Part shown: in pieces, positions 50,106 through 51,141 of the stretch
Position numbering within the stretch: the stretch's first letter is position 1
Layout: every line of letters begins with the position of its first letter
Assembly (NCBI GenBank): GCA_045106895.1
Contig: JBGCFM010000135.1
Coordinates: 1-51,141, forward strand
Reading direction: 5' to 3'
Origin: Polyangiales bacterium
Lineage (GTDB): Bacteria > Myxococcota_A > Polyangia > Polyangiales > Houyiibacteriaceae
DNA: 51,141 bases
Notes under the pieces: generated by a model
What the model was told of the DNA's origin: nothing
What the model saw: the letters and a program-made list of their open reading frames with translations, nothing else
Database searches by the model: none
Program-made: the position numbers and the translations under genes

Positions 50106-50181
50106 GCTCGACCTTCGATCAAGGATCCGTGAAATATCCATATGGGGACGCGGCCCCGCCTTGATCGCGCGAGAGCAAGCG

Positions 50182-50860
50182 ATGACCGAAGAAACGCAGA
50201 ATCCTGAAATCAGCCCCGCCGCTGAACCCGCCCCAGCCGCTGCTGAAGGCGAAAACACCAACGCCGCGACTCCGGAGATTTCCGAGGACGCCGTCACTCT
50301 CGTCGGAGGGCAAGCATCGCCGGACGCATCGGATGATGCGATCACGTCCGTCGGCGCGCATCTCGCCGCCTCGACGGAGAGCGCCGCAGGGGATGTCCCC
50401 GCCGCCGATGCTGACGCAAGCGCGTCGAGCCCGGCCGAGGCAAGCGCCGAAGGCGCGCCCGCGGAAGGTGATGCGAAGAAAAAGAAGAAGCGTCGTCGCA
50501 AGAAAAAGAAGAAGCCAGCCGAGGGTGGAGACGCACGTCCTCCACAGGCGTTCACGCGCATGTTTGGAAAGAACGCAGGACGGCAGAGCCCGTTCAAGTC
50601 CGGCGAAATTGTCGCTGGCATCGTTCGCTCCACGGAGTCGGGCACCATCACCCTCGACCTCTTCGGTCGCGCGATGGCTTTCGTAGACGCCCGCGAAGCC
50701 CACGCCATCGAGCCGCTTCCAGAGCCGCCGCCGAAGCCAGAGAAGAAAGCGCCGGAAGCCAAGGCTGACGCGCCCGCTGACGCACCCGCTGCTGACGCAC
50801 CTGCTGCTGAAGCACCCGCTGCTGACGCACCTGCTGCTGAAGCACCCACTGCTGAACCAT
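50182..50860 (+). CDS. 5' part of a probable S1 RNA-binding domain protein (3' end unreliable)
   Basis: ATG 50182; acidic N-terminus, KKKKKRRRKKKKK, S1-like FKSGEIVAGIVRSTESGTITLDL; ORF continues to 50997 through suspect sequence. Confidence 0.5.
50764..50856 (+). repeat. Degenerate 15-bp tandem repeat encoding A(D/E)APA
   Basis: gctga(c/a)gcacc(c/t)(g/a)ct units at 50776, 50791, 50806, 50821, 50836 plus partial flanking copies. Confidence 0.9.
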
Positions 50861-51051
50861 CCTTTACTGTTGGCACTGCTGGTGGTGGTGCTGTAACCCC
50901 CATAGAGGGCGCTGCTGCGGCTGAACCCCCCCCGTCACTGCTGCTCCTGCTGCCCTCGCCCACTGGAGAGGTTGGCGAGTTATCGATGGTGTCCTGATAG
51001 CTGTCGAAGTTGAGTCCCAGCGTTTGGGCAACCCCTGCAGCGGTCGGGCAT

Positions 51052-51141
51052 AAAGAGGAAGAGAGGAGGAGGGAGAAGTGAGGAAGGGGGAGGAGGAGGG
51101 GGAGGAGGAGAAGGGGGAGGAGAAAGAGGAGGAGAAAGAGG
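51052..51141. repeat. Purine-rich (GA) low-complexity tract
   Basis: About 90 bp almost entirely G/A (gaggaggag...). Confidence 0.9.

Noticed and set aside
50097..50963. 288-aa - strand ORF as a bacterial gene
   Set aside because: Mostly antisense to the S1-like gene and spans the suspected chimeric junction

Overview
High-GC bacterial chromosomal segment, most likely from a myxobacterium (Myxococcota, probably Polyangia). The assignment is inferred from TIGR04551-like barrels, a TIGR02266-like PilZ protein, DUF507, a Hanks kinase/TPR pair and an ECF sigma/anti-sigma pair. Content is mostly core genes: an MrpA-less Mrp antiporter operon (mrpE-F-G-B-C-D-D), a TetR-OMF-MFP-RND efflux operon ending in a Tat-exported protein, tRNA-Val(TAC), tig-clpP-clpX-lon, rnj, radA, a desaturase, gmk/yicC, and prfB(+1 frameshift)-lysS-lolC/E-lolD-bamA-skp followed by TolC-MlaC-DUF507. 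No integrase, transposase or CRISPR array was seen. The best leads concern the envelope: a coupled tandem pair of TIGR04551-like beta-barrels, TolC+MlaC where lpx genes usually follow bamA-skp, and a LolC/E with a ~250 aa extra membrane domain. RF2 also has SKF in place of its SPF motif. The last ~290 bp look like eukaryotic DNA mis-joined through a low-complexity repeat. All family calls come from motif recognition by eye; no searches were run.
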